Notes: generated by a model not told the origin, from the letters alone. Positions 19,604 through 29,454 are shown, counted from the whole stretch's first letter. The stretch is DNA of 61,065 nt, filler included, from Chthonomonadaceae bacterium (GCA_035650735.1; 3 parts of 3 records of this genome joined end to end with filler, not necessarily neighbours in it); one strand, 5' to 3'. Translations and numbers: made by a program.

Positions 19604-19700
19604 GCGATCACATATCTCCTCTAGCGTTGCGTTTCCGCTTAGAAAGGCCCGATAAATCGAATTCCACACAGGGGCAGGTAAGCTTGCTCGGCCTGGCTCG

Positions 19701-19723
19701 GCGACGGGTTTCTAACCCGTCGC
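19701..19723. repeat. REP-like palindrome
   Basis: gcgacgggtttctaacccgtcgc 10-bp stem. Confidence 0.55.
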
Positions 19724-19742
19724 CCTCTCTATCATCAGAACG

Positions 19743-21050
19743 CTAGCCGTCTCTCAGGTTAGCCGCAGAGGCGCGCGATTCCAGGTATCTTGGCTCGGCG
19801 CCATTCCCGGCAATCAGGTCCGTATAGATCTGTTCCACTTCGGCGGCTTGGCGGCGCGGCGTGAACTCGCGCAGCACGCGCTCGCGTCCTTTGCGCCCCA
19901 TCTGCGCGCGCAGGGCCGGATCGCGTAATAGTCCTATCAGCGCCTCCGCCAGGGCGTGGGTATCTTTGAGCGGGACCAGGCGTCCCTCCACGCCATCGGT
20001 AACGAGCTCCGGCAGCGCGCCGGAGGCAAACCCGACTACGGGCCGTTGCATCGCCATGCCTTCGGTGACGACCAGGCCGAACGGCTCCTCCCAGCTGGGA
20101 ACGGCCAGCACGTCCAGGTCGGCCATGACCTGCGGCATCTCCTCCCACCATCCGGCCCAGATCACGTTCTCTTCCAGGCCCAGCTCGGCGATTCGGCGGC
20201 GCACTCGCTCCGTGTAGCTCTCCGCGCTCGTGGCCGCCAGCGTGTCCTCGTTGCCGACGATGACCAGCCGGACATCCGGCAGCGCGGCTTTGACCTCGGC
20301 CAGCGCCTCGATTAGCTCCAAATGGCCCTTCCAGACCATGATGCGCGCCACGATGCCGATTAGCGGCGTCTCCGCCGAGAGGCCGAAACGAGCGCGCAGA
20401 AGCCCGCGCGGAGCCCGGTCCGGGTCGAACGCCGCCGGGTCGGTGGCGTTCAAGGCCGTATAGATCTTCTCTTCCGGCACGCCGCCATCGATGAGCGAGC
20501 GGCGCGTAAACTCCGAGATCGCCAGCACGCCCGTACAGGCCCGCAAGGCCCAGGTGGTCGCGCGCCCGATTTCCGGGTACCACTTGATGTGGACGTGGAT
20601 GACGTTGCGCCGTCCGGTGAGCCGGGCCAGGAGCGTCGAAAACAGCGCATCGCGGGGCCGGTCGGTGGCGTGGATCAGATCGATCTGATGTCGGCGCACG
20701 TACCAGGCCAGCCGCAGCAGCGATGCCAGCGCGCCCAGGTTCCTCAGCCCGCCGAGGAGCTTGCCGAGCTTGCCGCGCCCCTGCCCCGCCACCTCATGGC
20801 CCAGGTCGCAGACCAGGATCTTCAGATGCGGAACGGCCCGCAGGATCCGCAGCGTCTTTTCCAGGTCTACCGAATGGCGGTTGGTGGCGATATGGACTTC
20901 CACCCGCTCCGGGTCAAAGTTCTGGATCAGCGCCAGATGCACCGCCACATCGGCGCCGAGCGCGCTGCGCGTATTGACAAACAGCACGCGCGGCTTATGT
21001 GCCTGTTGCCGTCCCCCACGCTCCGGGGACGGCTGGGGCCAACGACTCAC
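19743..21050 (-). CDS. Glycosyltransferase family 4
   Basis: ARIMVWKGH and PSWEEPFGLVVTEGMAMQRPVV (E-x7-E) motifs; start codon uncertain. Confidence 0.9.
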   Translation of the reverse strand: MSRWPQPSPERGGRQQAHKPRVLFVNTRSALGADVAVHLALIQNFDPERVEVHIATNRHSVDLEKTLRILRAVPHLKILVCDLGHEVAGQGRGKLGKLLGGLRNLGALASLLRLAWYVRRHQIDLIHATDRPRDALFSTLLARLTGRRNVIHVHIKWYPEIGRATTWALRACTGVLAISEFTRRSLIDGGVPEEKIYTALNATDPAAFDPDRAPRGLLRARFGLSAETPLIGIVARIMVWKGHLELIEALAEVKAALPDVRLVIVGNEDTLAATSAESYTERVRRRIAELGLEENVIWAGWWEEMPQVMADLDVLAVPSWEEPFGLVVTEGMAMQRPVVGFASGALPELVTDGVEGRLVPLKDTHALAEALIGLLRDPALRAQMGRKGRERVLREFTPRRQAAEVEQIYTDLIAGNGAEPRYLESRASAANLRDG

Positions 21051-21275
21051 GGACAGCCCTCAACTTTCTTTTTGGCCGGGATCGCCTTCCCGCGCTGCTA
21101 TCGCCGGCGTGCCGAGCGCCGACCACTGTATCTTGTTCGTGGTTGAATTATAGTCGGGATTCGGCGTGAACTTCGGGGGCAAAATTGCTGGGTTTGGCGG
21201 CCCTGCCCCACGCTGCCGGAATGTCGTCCGACAGTTGCGCCTGACGCCTCGCGCCAGCCGCTTCCTCTGTCTATC

Positions 21276-21292
21276 TGGCATAAATCATGCCA
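21276..21292 (-). promoter_or_regulatory. Sigma54-type -24/-12 promoter (palindromic)
   Basis: Minus strand TGGCATGATTTATGCCA, GG-N10-GC spacing, facing the GT4 gene. Confidence 0.5.
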
Positions 21293-21487
21293 AAACCATT
21301 TTTCAGGCAAAAATAGGGAATCAGTTTTGGCTCGCTATTCTCCCCTCTCTTCGGTTGTGGCCGATCCCCTCTGCGCTCAGGAGCCTGGGCCGTCTAAGGG
21401 CAAATTCAGGCAGGAATTCGGACCTGCTGACGGGAAATCCTGCCCTGTTGCAGGGAGGTCCAGGATCCTTCCATTTTCCGCCCTCGC

Positions 21488-21704
21488 CGCCGGGCACTGA
21501 AAGTACCCGGTTCTAGGGCCTGCGGCCAAGCGCCCTGGCGGACGCACAGCCAAGCCAGGTGTTCCGTCCGAAGGACGGTTGGCGGCGCAGCCGCCCTCTA
21601 GCCGGGTATTTTCCATGCCCGGCACGGATCGGAGGTTTTCAACCCCCGGCTCCAGGGCCTAACGGCCAAGCGACTGCAAGGGACGCCGCTCAACGGTTCG
21701 CGGC
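21488..21704. repeat. REP-like cluster at contig end (families D, B)
   Basis: ccgggcactgaaagtacccgg, gccgggtattttccatgcccggc and a reverse copy of the repeat at 52-140. Confidence 0.75.
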
Positions 21705-21804
21705 NNNNNNNNNNNNNNNNNNNNNNNNNNNNNNNNNNNNNNNNNNNNTTAATTAATTAANNNNNNNNNNNNNNNNNNNNNNNNNNNNNNNNNNNNNNNN
21801 NNNN
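21705..21804. other. Artificial contig linker
   Basis: N44-TTAATTAATTAA-N44 (stops in all six frames). Confidence 0.98.
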
Positions 21805-22208
21805 CAAGCGCTCGATGTATGGTCGGGCGAGGTTTGATTTGCTGCGGGCGCGGGTGCTGCCAATGCACAAGGCAGCCTGAGAAAAGGCCGCAGTGTTGCC
21901 CTTCGAGAAGGCTACTCCTCATTCACCAAATCGTCGGGAGTTCCAATATTCCATGCCGGTTGACAAGTATACATCCGAATGGAATATCCCGCTCAACCGG
22001 TGCGTTAAAAACTCGCCCGTTAAATACCGGACGGCTATTGACTCTCTGCACCAATCATGTTAGGATTTACTGTCTGCCTGGTATTAGAAACTCCGTAGCT
22101 CAACTTTGTTATGTTTCGCGACGGTTCCCAAATTTCGCTTTCGCGGCATTTATATATTGCTGTAGCTTAATTTAGGTCCCGTTGACCGGGACAGAAGGGA
22201 GCGGAGAT

Positions 22209-22988
22209 ATGCAGGCATGGCGACCTACAACCTTTGCGGCTGCATGGCAAGAAGCCACAAGGCGTAAATCGGCAGAGACGAAGTCGGAATACACCCCCTC
22301 ACCGGTTTCAGAAAGCCATATGCGACAGTGCGCGGTCTGCAGCGTTTCCGTGCGGCGCGATCGATTGGATCGGCACATGATGAGAGCGCATCCTGACCAA
22401 GCCAATGTTCAGGGCAAGCCCCGGATACGCCTGACCTCGTTTCAAGGAGAACAGGAATCCAGAAGCGGGATTTGCGATAATTGCGAGGAAATTGTGTCGC
22501 CGATATGGCTATACCGGCACAGCAATCAAGGAGCTGTGCATCTCTGTGATACTTGCAGATATGAAGTCATCGAGCGTTCCGTAAGTAAGGCAGATGCCGC
22601 CACTGTTCGGAAACTCTACACGCCGGATAAGGATAGGCTCCAATATATGACGAAGCTCGATGCATGGGACGAATACATCACAGGAGGGAGAAAGCGCATA
22701 GACTACCTTCTGGGACGCTACCAAAAGCAACGAGAGCTTATCGAGAGCATTAAGCCTGCAAATATGTCATTGAAAGAAGCATGGAAGCTCGCTGAGAAGC
22801 TCGCTGAAGAGTATGGCAAGGATAAATATAAGGAGTGCCTGCTTGCGTTGAAACGCAGAGAGGAAGCCAAGACTACAGCGCCTGTAAAGGATAAACAGAC
22901 ATCAGGTAAGCCTTATGGTGAGTTTTCGCACGATTGTTCGGATCATTACGAGGATGGTGGAGCGGTGTTCGCTGGCGATTGGCCATAG
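22209..22988 (+). CDS. Hypothetical zinc-finger protein (island cargo)
   Basis: GGAG RBS; CAVC-x11-H-x4-H and CDNC...CDTC motifs; AT-richer codon usage. Confidence 0.65.
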   Translation: MQAWRPTTFAAAWQEATRRKSAETKSEYTPSPVSESHMRQCAVCSVSVRRDRLDRHMMRAHPDQANVQGKPRIRLTSFQGEQESRSGICDNCEEIVSPIWLYRHSNQGAVHLCDTCRYEVIERSVSKADAATVRKLYTPDKDRLQYMTKLDAWDEYITGGRKRIDYLLGRYQKQRELIESIKPANMSLKEAWKLAEKLAEEYGKDKYKECLLALKRREEAKTTAPVKDKQTSGKPYGEFSHDCSDHYEDGGAVFAGDWP

Positions 22989-23011
22989 GCCAGCCTGAAG
23001 GCTCTTTCGCA

Positions 23012-23049
23012 TAAGCGGTAGGTCGTCGGTTCGAATCCGACCGGAGGCT
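23012..23049 (+). mobile_element. tRNA 3'-half (probably tRNA-Thr) forming an att site of an integrated element
   Basis: taagcgg-taggtc-gtcgg TTCGAAT ccgac-cggaggc-t gives anticodon 3' strand, T arm and acceptor 3' strand; no 5' half directly upstream. Confidence 0.75.
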
Positions 23050-23068
23050 TTCCAATCGGGACAAAATG

Positions 23069-23110
23069 AAGCCCCTGGGAACAGCGCCTATGGTTCCCAA
23101 GGGCTTTTTT
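23069..23110 (+). terminator. Rho-independent terminator after the tRNA fragment
   Basis: aagcccctgggaac / gttcccaagggctt stem followed by a T run. Confidence 0.75.
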
Positions 23111-23409
23111 GTGCAAAATAGCCGTTACTCGGCAGTTCGCGAAGCGTCTAATAGAGTGAGCAATTCAATTAGAGAGCCTTGCTTCTCTTTGTCGGTCTGG
23201 CGGAGGATTCTAAAACCTAGATTCCTCCGCGCTTTTTGTTTGTCTATACCCTATTTTTTCTGCGTTGTCACGCACCTATTTATTCACAATGCGGCTCCGT
23301 TTTTCCTGCCTCAGCAGCCTGCCCTAAAGTGCTATAGGTTGCCGTTTGACAGGAGCAGCCCTGGCGTGCTACCATCGGGCACGCTGGAGATAGCAAAGAA
23401 AGGAAGCCC

Positions 23410-24243
23410 GTGTTTACTGAACCCCCGTTAGAGAAAGAGCACAGCACAGCGCTAACCGCTAAGAGCGCCCTCCGAAGACAGATGCTCTGGAAGCGCCTGG
23501 CTGTGGGGTTTGCGCTGGGAGCTTTCGTCGGGCTGGGAGCCGCGCAATTGGGCTTCCAGAGAGTGATCCACCTGGAAGACGAGTTTCTGCTGGCGGGCCT
23601 CCTGGGTGCTGTGATGGCCCTCACGCGCGCCCGCCGCCTCCTCTGGGCAGCCGCGCTAACGACCGTGGCGTTGCTGCTGGCGGTAGGGTACACGCCCCTG
23701 GTCCCGGCCTTGATGCGCGGATGGGTGTGCAGCGATCCCTTGCAGCCGGCGCCGGCGGTGGTCGTCCTTTCCGCCAGCGCCCATAAGGACAAAAGCATGA
23801 GCGCCTCCATGGAAGACCGCATCCTGCAGGGGTACGCGCTGTTGCGCCAGGGCTACGCGCCGCGCCTGGTGCTCACCAACGCCGCCATCGGCAACGGTAC
23901 CGAGGTGCCCACGATCCGCCAGCAGATGCGCCTGTTAGGGCTCAACTATCCGATAGACGAGGCAGGCCCGGTGCGCGACACCCACGACGAGGCGCTGGAG
24001 GTAGCGCGTCTTGCGCGCCAGCGGGGTTGGAGCCGCGTGTTGTTGGTGACGCATCCCTCGCACATGCGGCGGGCCGCGGCGGTCTTTGAGAGGGCGGGCG
24101 TGCATGTCCTCTGCTGCCCCTGCAACGAGGGCGGATACGACCTGAGCGACCTGCGCGATCCGCGCGACCGGCTGCATGCCTTTCGGGATTGGCTGCATGA
24201 GACCATCGGCTACCTGGTCTACCGCTGGCGCGGCTGGATTTAA
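23410..24243 (+). CDS. YdcF/ElyC (DUF218) family protein
   Basis: N-terminal TM helices; VVVLS, DTHDEA, LLVTHPSHMRRAAAVF, LHETIG..YRWRGWI. Confidence 0.88.
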   Translation: MFTEPPLEKEHSTALTAKSALRRQMLWKRLAVGFALGAFVGLGAAQLGFQRVIHLEDEFLLAGLLGAVMALTRARRLLWAAALTTVALLLAVGYTPLVPALMRGWVCSDPLQPAPAVVVLSASAHKDKSMSASMEDRILQGYALLRQGYAPRLVLTNAAIGNGTEVPTIRQQMRLLGLNYPIDEAGPVRDTHDEALEVARLARQRGWSRVLLVTHPSHMRRAAAVFERAGVHVLCCPCNEGGYDLSDLRDPRDRLHAFRDWLHETIGYLVYRWRGWI

Positions 24244-24304
24244 GGACACGCTGCGAAACCGACAGGCGAACCTCCCTGGCAGCCCCAACCCATCAGCGCA
24301 TGTT

Positions 24305-26035
24305 TTAAGGCTGCTCGAAATGTCCTGAGAAGAACAGGGTCAGGACCGCATTCAGGTCGTCGAAGTCTACCACCCCATCCGGGCGCCCCGCAAACGGTCC
24401 CCCCGGGTCCGAGGTAATATCGGCGGCAGGATTAAATCCGGGCTCCCCGGCCTCCAGGAACAGAGAGAGCATCACCGCGTTCAGGTCCTCGTAGTCTACC
24501 AGCCCGTCACGCGGCCCCGTCCCATTCGGCAGCGAGCTATCGGTGATGTCGCCAAAACGCTCCAGGCGCGCATCCAGCCGCCGCGTCCCGCCGTTGGGAA
24601 TGGTCACGTTATGGAAAAGCATGGGCACGTAGTCGGCGAATGGATACACCGTTTCCGGCCAGAGCGTATCCGGCTGCCCGACGGCATTGACAATCGGCAG
24701 CTGGCGTATCTCGATGTCGAACGTTCCAGCGGGATAGCCCTCCAGCTTATAGTTGACGGTCAGGCTACCGTTGGCGTCGTAGCTGGGCTGGGTAAAGACG
24801 GTATCCTGCCGGACGATGTTGGCGGGGTCGGGATTGGGTCGGCTGGGATCGATCCGGTAGGCGGTGATCAGGTAGCTGCCGGGCTTGTTCTCCACTAAGA
24901 TGGAGCCGTCCGGTTGATGCGGCGGATTGACGCCGCGCCGTCTCAGATTGCCCAGCAGGGTGCCGCGCTGTGCGGTAGTACCGTCGCGGTTGGTGCCGTG
25001 CAGTGCCAGGAAGTAGTTATAGACGCCGCCGCTATCTTGATGGCTGGCTCCCTGGTTGAAATCCAGATCGGCTGGATAGGAGGCCAGGGGGGGCGAGTTC
25101 TGAAATTGCAGGCCGATGTCGGTATCGCCGGGAGTGACCGTGCCATGATAGGTGCGGTTGGGGCCGTTGGGGGAATTGATCAGGCCGATCCACTGGACGT
25201 CGGGCGCGGTGTTGCCTCCATCGGTATCGCTGAGCTTGGCGACCATCAGGCCGAAGCGCCCGCGCGGATCGTTGAGCACGTAAGGATTGACGCTGCCCGT
25301 CTCCATGTCAATGAAGTCAAACTGCCAGACGGCAAAGCCGTCGCTCGCGCTGAAATCGGCGATATAGCCATAAATCGGCTGGCCGTTATCGTCCGGGGTC
25401 TGGAGCTGGGCGACGTTAGTGTCAAAATCAGGCGGCGCGTTCTGGTCCACGCCGTCGAACATCAAGATCAGGATGCTGCCGGACTGGCCGGCAAACGTAT
25501 GGATGTCGGCCATGCCGCCCGCAATTTCCAGGTGGTTGATCAGGGCCGGGTTGCCGATCTGGCCCAGGGCGACGTCGGCGGTGTTCTGGCCCGTCGGGGC
25601 GTTCTCCTCAATGGTGTTGGGGATGCGGTAGCTTGGCCCGGTATTGGCGGGATCGTAGCCCAGCGTTGGGAAGAGCCAGAGGGCGTCCGGGTTGCCGTCG
25701 CCGGTGTAGTCGCTATTGGAGCTGTAGAGAATAGGCGATAGCGCCTGGATCGTATAGATGGGACCGCGCCGCTGCGGACCCTTCTTGTGGATGGCCCAGC
25801 GCGGCAGCCGCAGGAAGCGCATTCTCATCGGTCCCCGCCCGGGAAGGTTAATCACGCGCTCCACGACATTGGAGCGCTGCTGGGGCTTCTGGTTGAGCTC
25901 GGAGGACTTCGGGAAGGCGATAGGGCCGCTGCGGGGCGGCTTCCCCTGCGCTCCAACAGGATACGCCATTCCAAGCAGGCCGATACAGGCTAACAGGGTC
26001 GCGCCGAACTGGGCCGTGAACCGAATCCTTCGCAT
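24305..26035 (-). CDS. Secreted protein with C-terminal dockerin-like (EF-hand) repeats
   Basis: Signal peptide; duplicated GDIT...DGLVDYEDLNAV / ADIT...DGVVDFDDLNAV. Confidence 0.75.
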   Translation of the reverse strand: MRRIRFTAQFGATLLACIGLLGMAYPVGAQGKPPRSGPIAFPKSSELNQKPQQRSNVVERVINLPGRGPMRMRFLRLPRWAIHKKGPQRRGPIYTIQALSPILYSSNSDYTGDGNPDALWLFPTLGYDPANTGPSYRIPNTIEENAPTGQNTADVALGQIGNPALINHLEIAGGMADIHTFAGQSGSILILMFDGVDQNAPPDFDTNVAQLQTPDDNGQPIYGYIADFSASDGFAVWQFDFIDMETGSVNPYVLNDPRGRFGLMVAKLSDTDGGNTAPDVQWIGLINSPNGPNRTYHGTVTPGDTDIGLQFQNSPPLASYPADLDFNQGASHQDSGGVYNYFLALHGTNRDGTTAQRGTLLGNLRRRGVNPPHQPDGSILVENKPGSYLITAYRIDPSRPNPDPANIVRQDTVFTQPSYDANGSLTVNYKLEGYPAGTFDIEIRQLPIVNAVGQPDTLWPETVYPFADYVPMLFHNVTIPNGGTRRLDARLERFGDITDSSLPNGTGPRDGLVDYEDLNAVMLSLFLEAGEPGFNPAADITSDPGGPFAGRPDGVVDFDDLNAVLTLFFSGHFEQP

Positions 26036-26217
26036 CGCGTTCCTCCTAAAGACGAGTTTCAGCAGAGTAACTCCTTACCCTGCCTGTCAGTTTAGATCGC
26101 AGCAACAAGAGAGCCTATCTAACCACCGGCCCCTTCCTTTGTTGCCGTAAGGATGATCTTCATTCCCGGATGGCGTCTTCTGAGCGCCTCCGGTAATGAG
26201 AAGAACGTTGGCCGCGA

Positions 26218-26928
26218 TCAGGCCGGCTTCATGCCCTTTGCTCGGGTATGACGGAGGGCGAAGCCGAGCAGGACGAGACTCCCGGCAGCAAAGAGCGCCA
26301 CGCGGCCCGATTCGGGCACGGCGACAACGCAGACCCTCGTGCCCGTGAGGTCTATCGTATAAAACCCAAAATCGAAGCCGGTCTGCGACCACGCCCGCAC
26401 GCGGTCGCCCCCGGCTGGCCCAATAGGGCGCTGAACAGCCGCTCCGAACTTGGTGTTCTCGAAGATGAACCCAAGTTCGCTGTTGGGGTCGGCTGGATTG
26501 ACCCTCCCCAACGGGTCGGCGTCGAAGGCAGAGATGCCCAGGAAGTAACGCCCGGGTGTCGTGACAAAGCCGGCAGGAATCGTGGAGCGGAGGGCATCGT
26601 CCGGCGCGTCGTCGTTGGCAACGACGCCGGTCCCGTCCTGGTTGAACAGGAAGAGCTGGGTGTCGTCCAGGGTGCCGAACGTGTCAACGGTAGTCGCCAT
26701 GAATATAGCCGGGTTGATGATGTTGATGCAGAACAGATCGATGTCTGCGGGACTACTGATGCGTCCAATGATTCGACTGAGCGGCCCAGGCCCGCGGGTC
26801 ATCAGGGCCGTCTCAGGCAGGTCGCCCGCATCCACGAAAGGAAATTCGATCACCAGTTGGGCGGACGCCGTGGGGGCGAACGCCAGCAACGCAAATAGAG
26901 CCAATGCGCTTCTGAATAGCCTATGCAT
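26218..26928 (-). CDS. PEP-CTERM-type exported protein (DVUA0089/PPC-like domain)
   Basis: Signal peptide; DTQLFLF..G.GVVANDD; C-terminal VPES + hydrophobic helix + RHTRAK. Confidence 0.8.
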   Translation of the reverse strand: MHRLFRSALALFALLAFAPTASAQLVIEFPFVDAGDLPETALMTRGPGPLSRIIGRISSPADIDLFCINIINPAIFMATTVDTFGTLDDTQLFLFNQDGTGVVANDDAPDDALRSTIPAGFVTTPGRYFLGISAFDADPLGRVNPADPNSELGFIFENTKFGAAVQRPIGPAGGDRVRAWSQTGFDFGFYTIDLTGTRVCVVAVPESGRVALFAAGSLVLLGFALRHTRAKGMKPA

Positions 26929-27215
26929 CGTGCCACCTCCTCAGGTGCCGTCATGACCGCTTAGCAATGACCGGAGCAGCAAGGCCTGATGGGTCAAAAA
27001 CCTCTTGCATTTCCACCGACTATCCTCTATACTATCGCTGTATACTATTTCCTCTAAATAATTTCTATACAGACTGACGCTGCGGATTCTGCCTGAAAAT
27101 TGCCCGGTTTTCCGCCACAACGGCCCGTCCCTTAAGCATAAGTTTGGGCACTTCTCTTCTCACTCGTTTGGACGGTTCTTCCCGAGAACCGATTGTGGAA
27201 GAATAGGAGGAAACC

Positions 27216-29261
27216 ATGCGACACTTCCTACCCAACGGCAGGAAACGGCAGAACGCGCTGTGCGCTTTGGCCGCGCTCCTGGCCCTCGTGCCGCTCATCT
27301 GCGCGCAGGTGGCTCAAGCGCAGACGGACCCCGCCGCGCCTGGGCCCTATGTGGCCTCAGCGCGCATGATCTACGACCTCGGCGATCAAGCCTATCTACC
27401 GACCGATTTCAACTTTCCTGCGCCCCCGGCGTCAATTGGTCCAAAGCGCGTGGAGATACGCGCTGCCGTGCGCATCCCGACCCTGCCGCCGAACCCACCT
27501 CCGGGCCTCAGCACAGGCCCCTATCCGTTGATAATCCTTCTCCATGGACGCCATGGCACCTGCGTCGGAGCCACACTGATCGGGATTCCTCCCAATCAGG
27601 TGCCGGTGTCCCTGCTTCAGTTCAAATGGCCCTGTGCGCCGGCGGAGGTACGCATAGACAGCTACCTGGGGTACGACTACCTCGCGCAGCGGCTCGCCAC
27701 TCAGGGATATATCGTCGTCTCCATCAGCGCCAACGGCATCAACGCCTATGACAACTTCCTGTTCCCGACGCCGGCCAATCCCAACGGAGACGCCGGCTCA
27801 CGGGCGCGGGCGGAGGTCATCCGACAGCACCTGATGCTTCTGGATCGAATCAACGACATGGGCGCCGCCGCCTTCACGGGCAATGCGAACACACCAGCGA
27901 ACCGCGCCGTCGGAGACGCGCTCAAGGGGAAGATAGACCGCACTCGAGTCGGGTTGATGGGCCATTCGCGCGGCGGCGAGGGCGTGGCCGCCTTCGGGCT
28001 GCTGCCCGAATACACCCGCTTCACGATCAAAGCCGTTCTGCTCATCGCCCCCACCTATTTCCGGTTCATCCAGATCACCCGTATCCCTCTGGGCGTGGTC
28101 CTGCCCTACTGCGATGGGGACGTGGGATTAGCGGGAATGCATTACTACGATCACGTCCGCTACCTATTGGCGGGCGACCCGGCCCCCAAACACACCTTCC
28201 TCGTGATGGGAGCCAATCACAACTATTACAACACGGTCTGGAGTCCCAGTACGGGGCCGTCCGCTTCCGGAGCCATAGACGACTGGTGCGAGACCGCAGC
28301 GTTCAGTCAGGATCCGCAGCCTCCGGTTCCCTACGAGACAATACGCCTGGACCGGGCCAACGATCCAGCCTGCGGCTGCCCGCCCATGGGGATGCCGCCC
28401 AACCCGAATCGGCTGACCGAGGCGCAGCAGCAGGCCAACGGATTGGGCATTGTCACGGCGTTCTTCCGCCGCTATGTGGGCAATGAGACCGGCGACAATA
28501 ATGCCTTTGTACAGCTTCTGAAAGGGGATATGCTTTTTCCCGCAACGGCCATGGGAGATAAGATGTTCGTCTCTTACCATCCGCCCGATACGCCGACCAC
28601 GCGACGGCTCGTCAACGCCTACCCGCTCAATCCAAACGCAGCGATGAGGGAGACGCCCAACGATAGAAACGAACTGAACGGCGTTGTAGATCAGAAGCTT
28701 CTGGACCCCTATATGCTATGCGGCTTTCTGTCGGGCTGCCTTCCTCTGCCGGAGAATGCACTCCGGGACGCTCATACTCCGTTTCCAGATGGCCGGAACC
28801 TGCTCAAGATCGCCTGGCAGAGTAGAAGCGCCATCTACTACACCGAATTGCCCGTCGCGGCAGAGAATGTGTCAGGTTTCAGGGTTTTTCAGTTCCGGGT
28901 TAGCGTTGACTTCAGCGATGACAGGAATAGGCCCGGCAGAAATCAGGACTTCACGATCACATTTGCCGATAGCATGGGCAGGGCGGCCTCGACGACCGTG
29001 AGCGCTATCCCTCTTGCTGGTCGTGTTCTCTTCTATCCGCCCGGCGACCGAAACGGCATGATGCCTGACCCTACCAGTGGCATTAACTTGTGGTCCGTGC
29101 CGCATATGGCGGCCAACACGGTCCGCATTCCCCTGACCGCTTTCCCGGGGGTCGATCTCAGGAAGCTCCGCCGTATCTACTTCCGGTTCAACATCCCGCA
29201 GACGTTCCTGGGGACGCCGAAGGGAGTGCTATTCTTCACCGACCTCATGTTTGCGGATTAG
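27216..29261 (+). CDS. Secreted alpha/beta hydrolase
   Basis: AGGAGG RBS; signal peptide; LHGRH, GYDYLA..LATQGY, GHSRGG nucleophile elbow, GANHNYYNT. Confidence 0.85.
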   Translation: MRHFLPNGRKRQNALCALAALLALVPLICAQVAQAQTDPAAPGPYVASARMIYDLGDQAYLPTDFNFPAPPASIGPKRVEIRAAVRIPTLPPNPPPGLSTGPYPLIILLHGRHGTCVGATLIGIPPNQVPVSLLQFKWPCAPAEVRIDSYLGYDYLAQRLATQGYIVVSISANGINAYDNFLFPTPANPNGDAGSRARAEVIRQHLMLLDRINDMGAAAFTGNANTPANRAVGDALKGKIDRTRVGLMGHSRGGEGVAAFGLLPEYTRFTIKAVLLIAPTYFRFIQITRIPLGVVLPYCDGDVGLAGMHYYDHVRYLLAGDPAPKHTFLVMGANHNYYNTVWSPSTGPSASGAIDDWCETAAFSQDPQPPVPYETIRLDRANDPACGCPPMGMPPNPNRLTEAQQQANGLGIVTAFFRRYVGNETGDNNAFVQLLKGDMLFPATAMGDKMFVSYHPPDTPTTRRLVNAYPLNPNAAMRETPNDRNELNGVVDQKLLDPYMLCGFLSGCLPLPENALRDAHTPFPDGRNLLKIAWQSRSAIYYTELPVAAENVSGFRVFQFRVSVDFSDDRNRPGRNQDFTITFADSMGRAASTTVSAIPLAGRVLFYPPGDRNGMMPDPTSGINLWSVPHMAANTVRIPLTAFPGVDLRKLRRIYFRFNIPQTFLGTPKGVLFFTDLMFAD

Positions 29262-29438
29262 GCCGCATTCCATCCGCCCTACTGCTATCACGGTAGGACT
29301 GCACGAAACGGTAATTCTTAGGAACGCAATGGCCTCGCTGGCGCCTGGATGGCAGGCAAGCGAGGCCATATGACGAGAGAGGGAAGGTGGGTCGGAACCT
29401 ACGGCTCAGAAATCCTCGCGCACCTGCTCGTCAGGACT

Positions 29439-29454
29439 TGCAAGAACCATGCCA
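29439..29454 (-). promoter_or_regulatory. Sigma54-type -24/-12 promoter
   Basis: Minus strand TGGCATGGTTCTTGCA, matches TGGCA-N6-TTGCA. Confidence 0.5.

Noticed and set aside
18035..19624. Long antisense ORFs (also 5157-6161, 29547-31280, 33290-34492, 47677-48786, 50014-51312, 58550-59839)
   Set aside because: Shadow frames of well-supported genes in high-GC DNA, with no recognisable motifs
21749..21760. TTAATTAATTAA palindrome, also at 36213-36224
   Set aside because: Artificial six-frame-stop linker between N runs; adjacency across it has no biological meaning
22091..22103. ctccgtagctcaa resembles the 5' start of the tRNA whose 3' half is at 23012
   Set aside because: Only 13 nt, lacks the first two acceptor bases and the rest of the D and anticodon arms; likely chance
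23001..23049. Intact tRNA-Met(CAT)
   Set aside because: No D arm or acceptor 5' strand upstream; the CAT straddles the junction and is probably not the original anticodon
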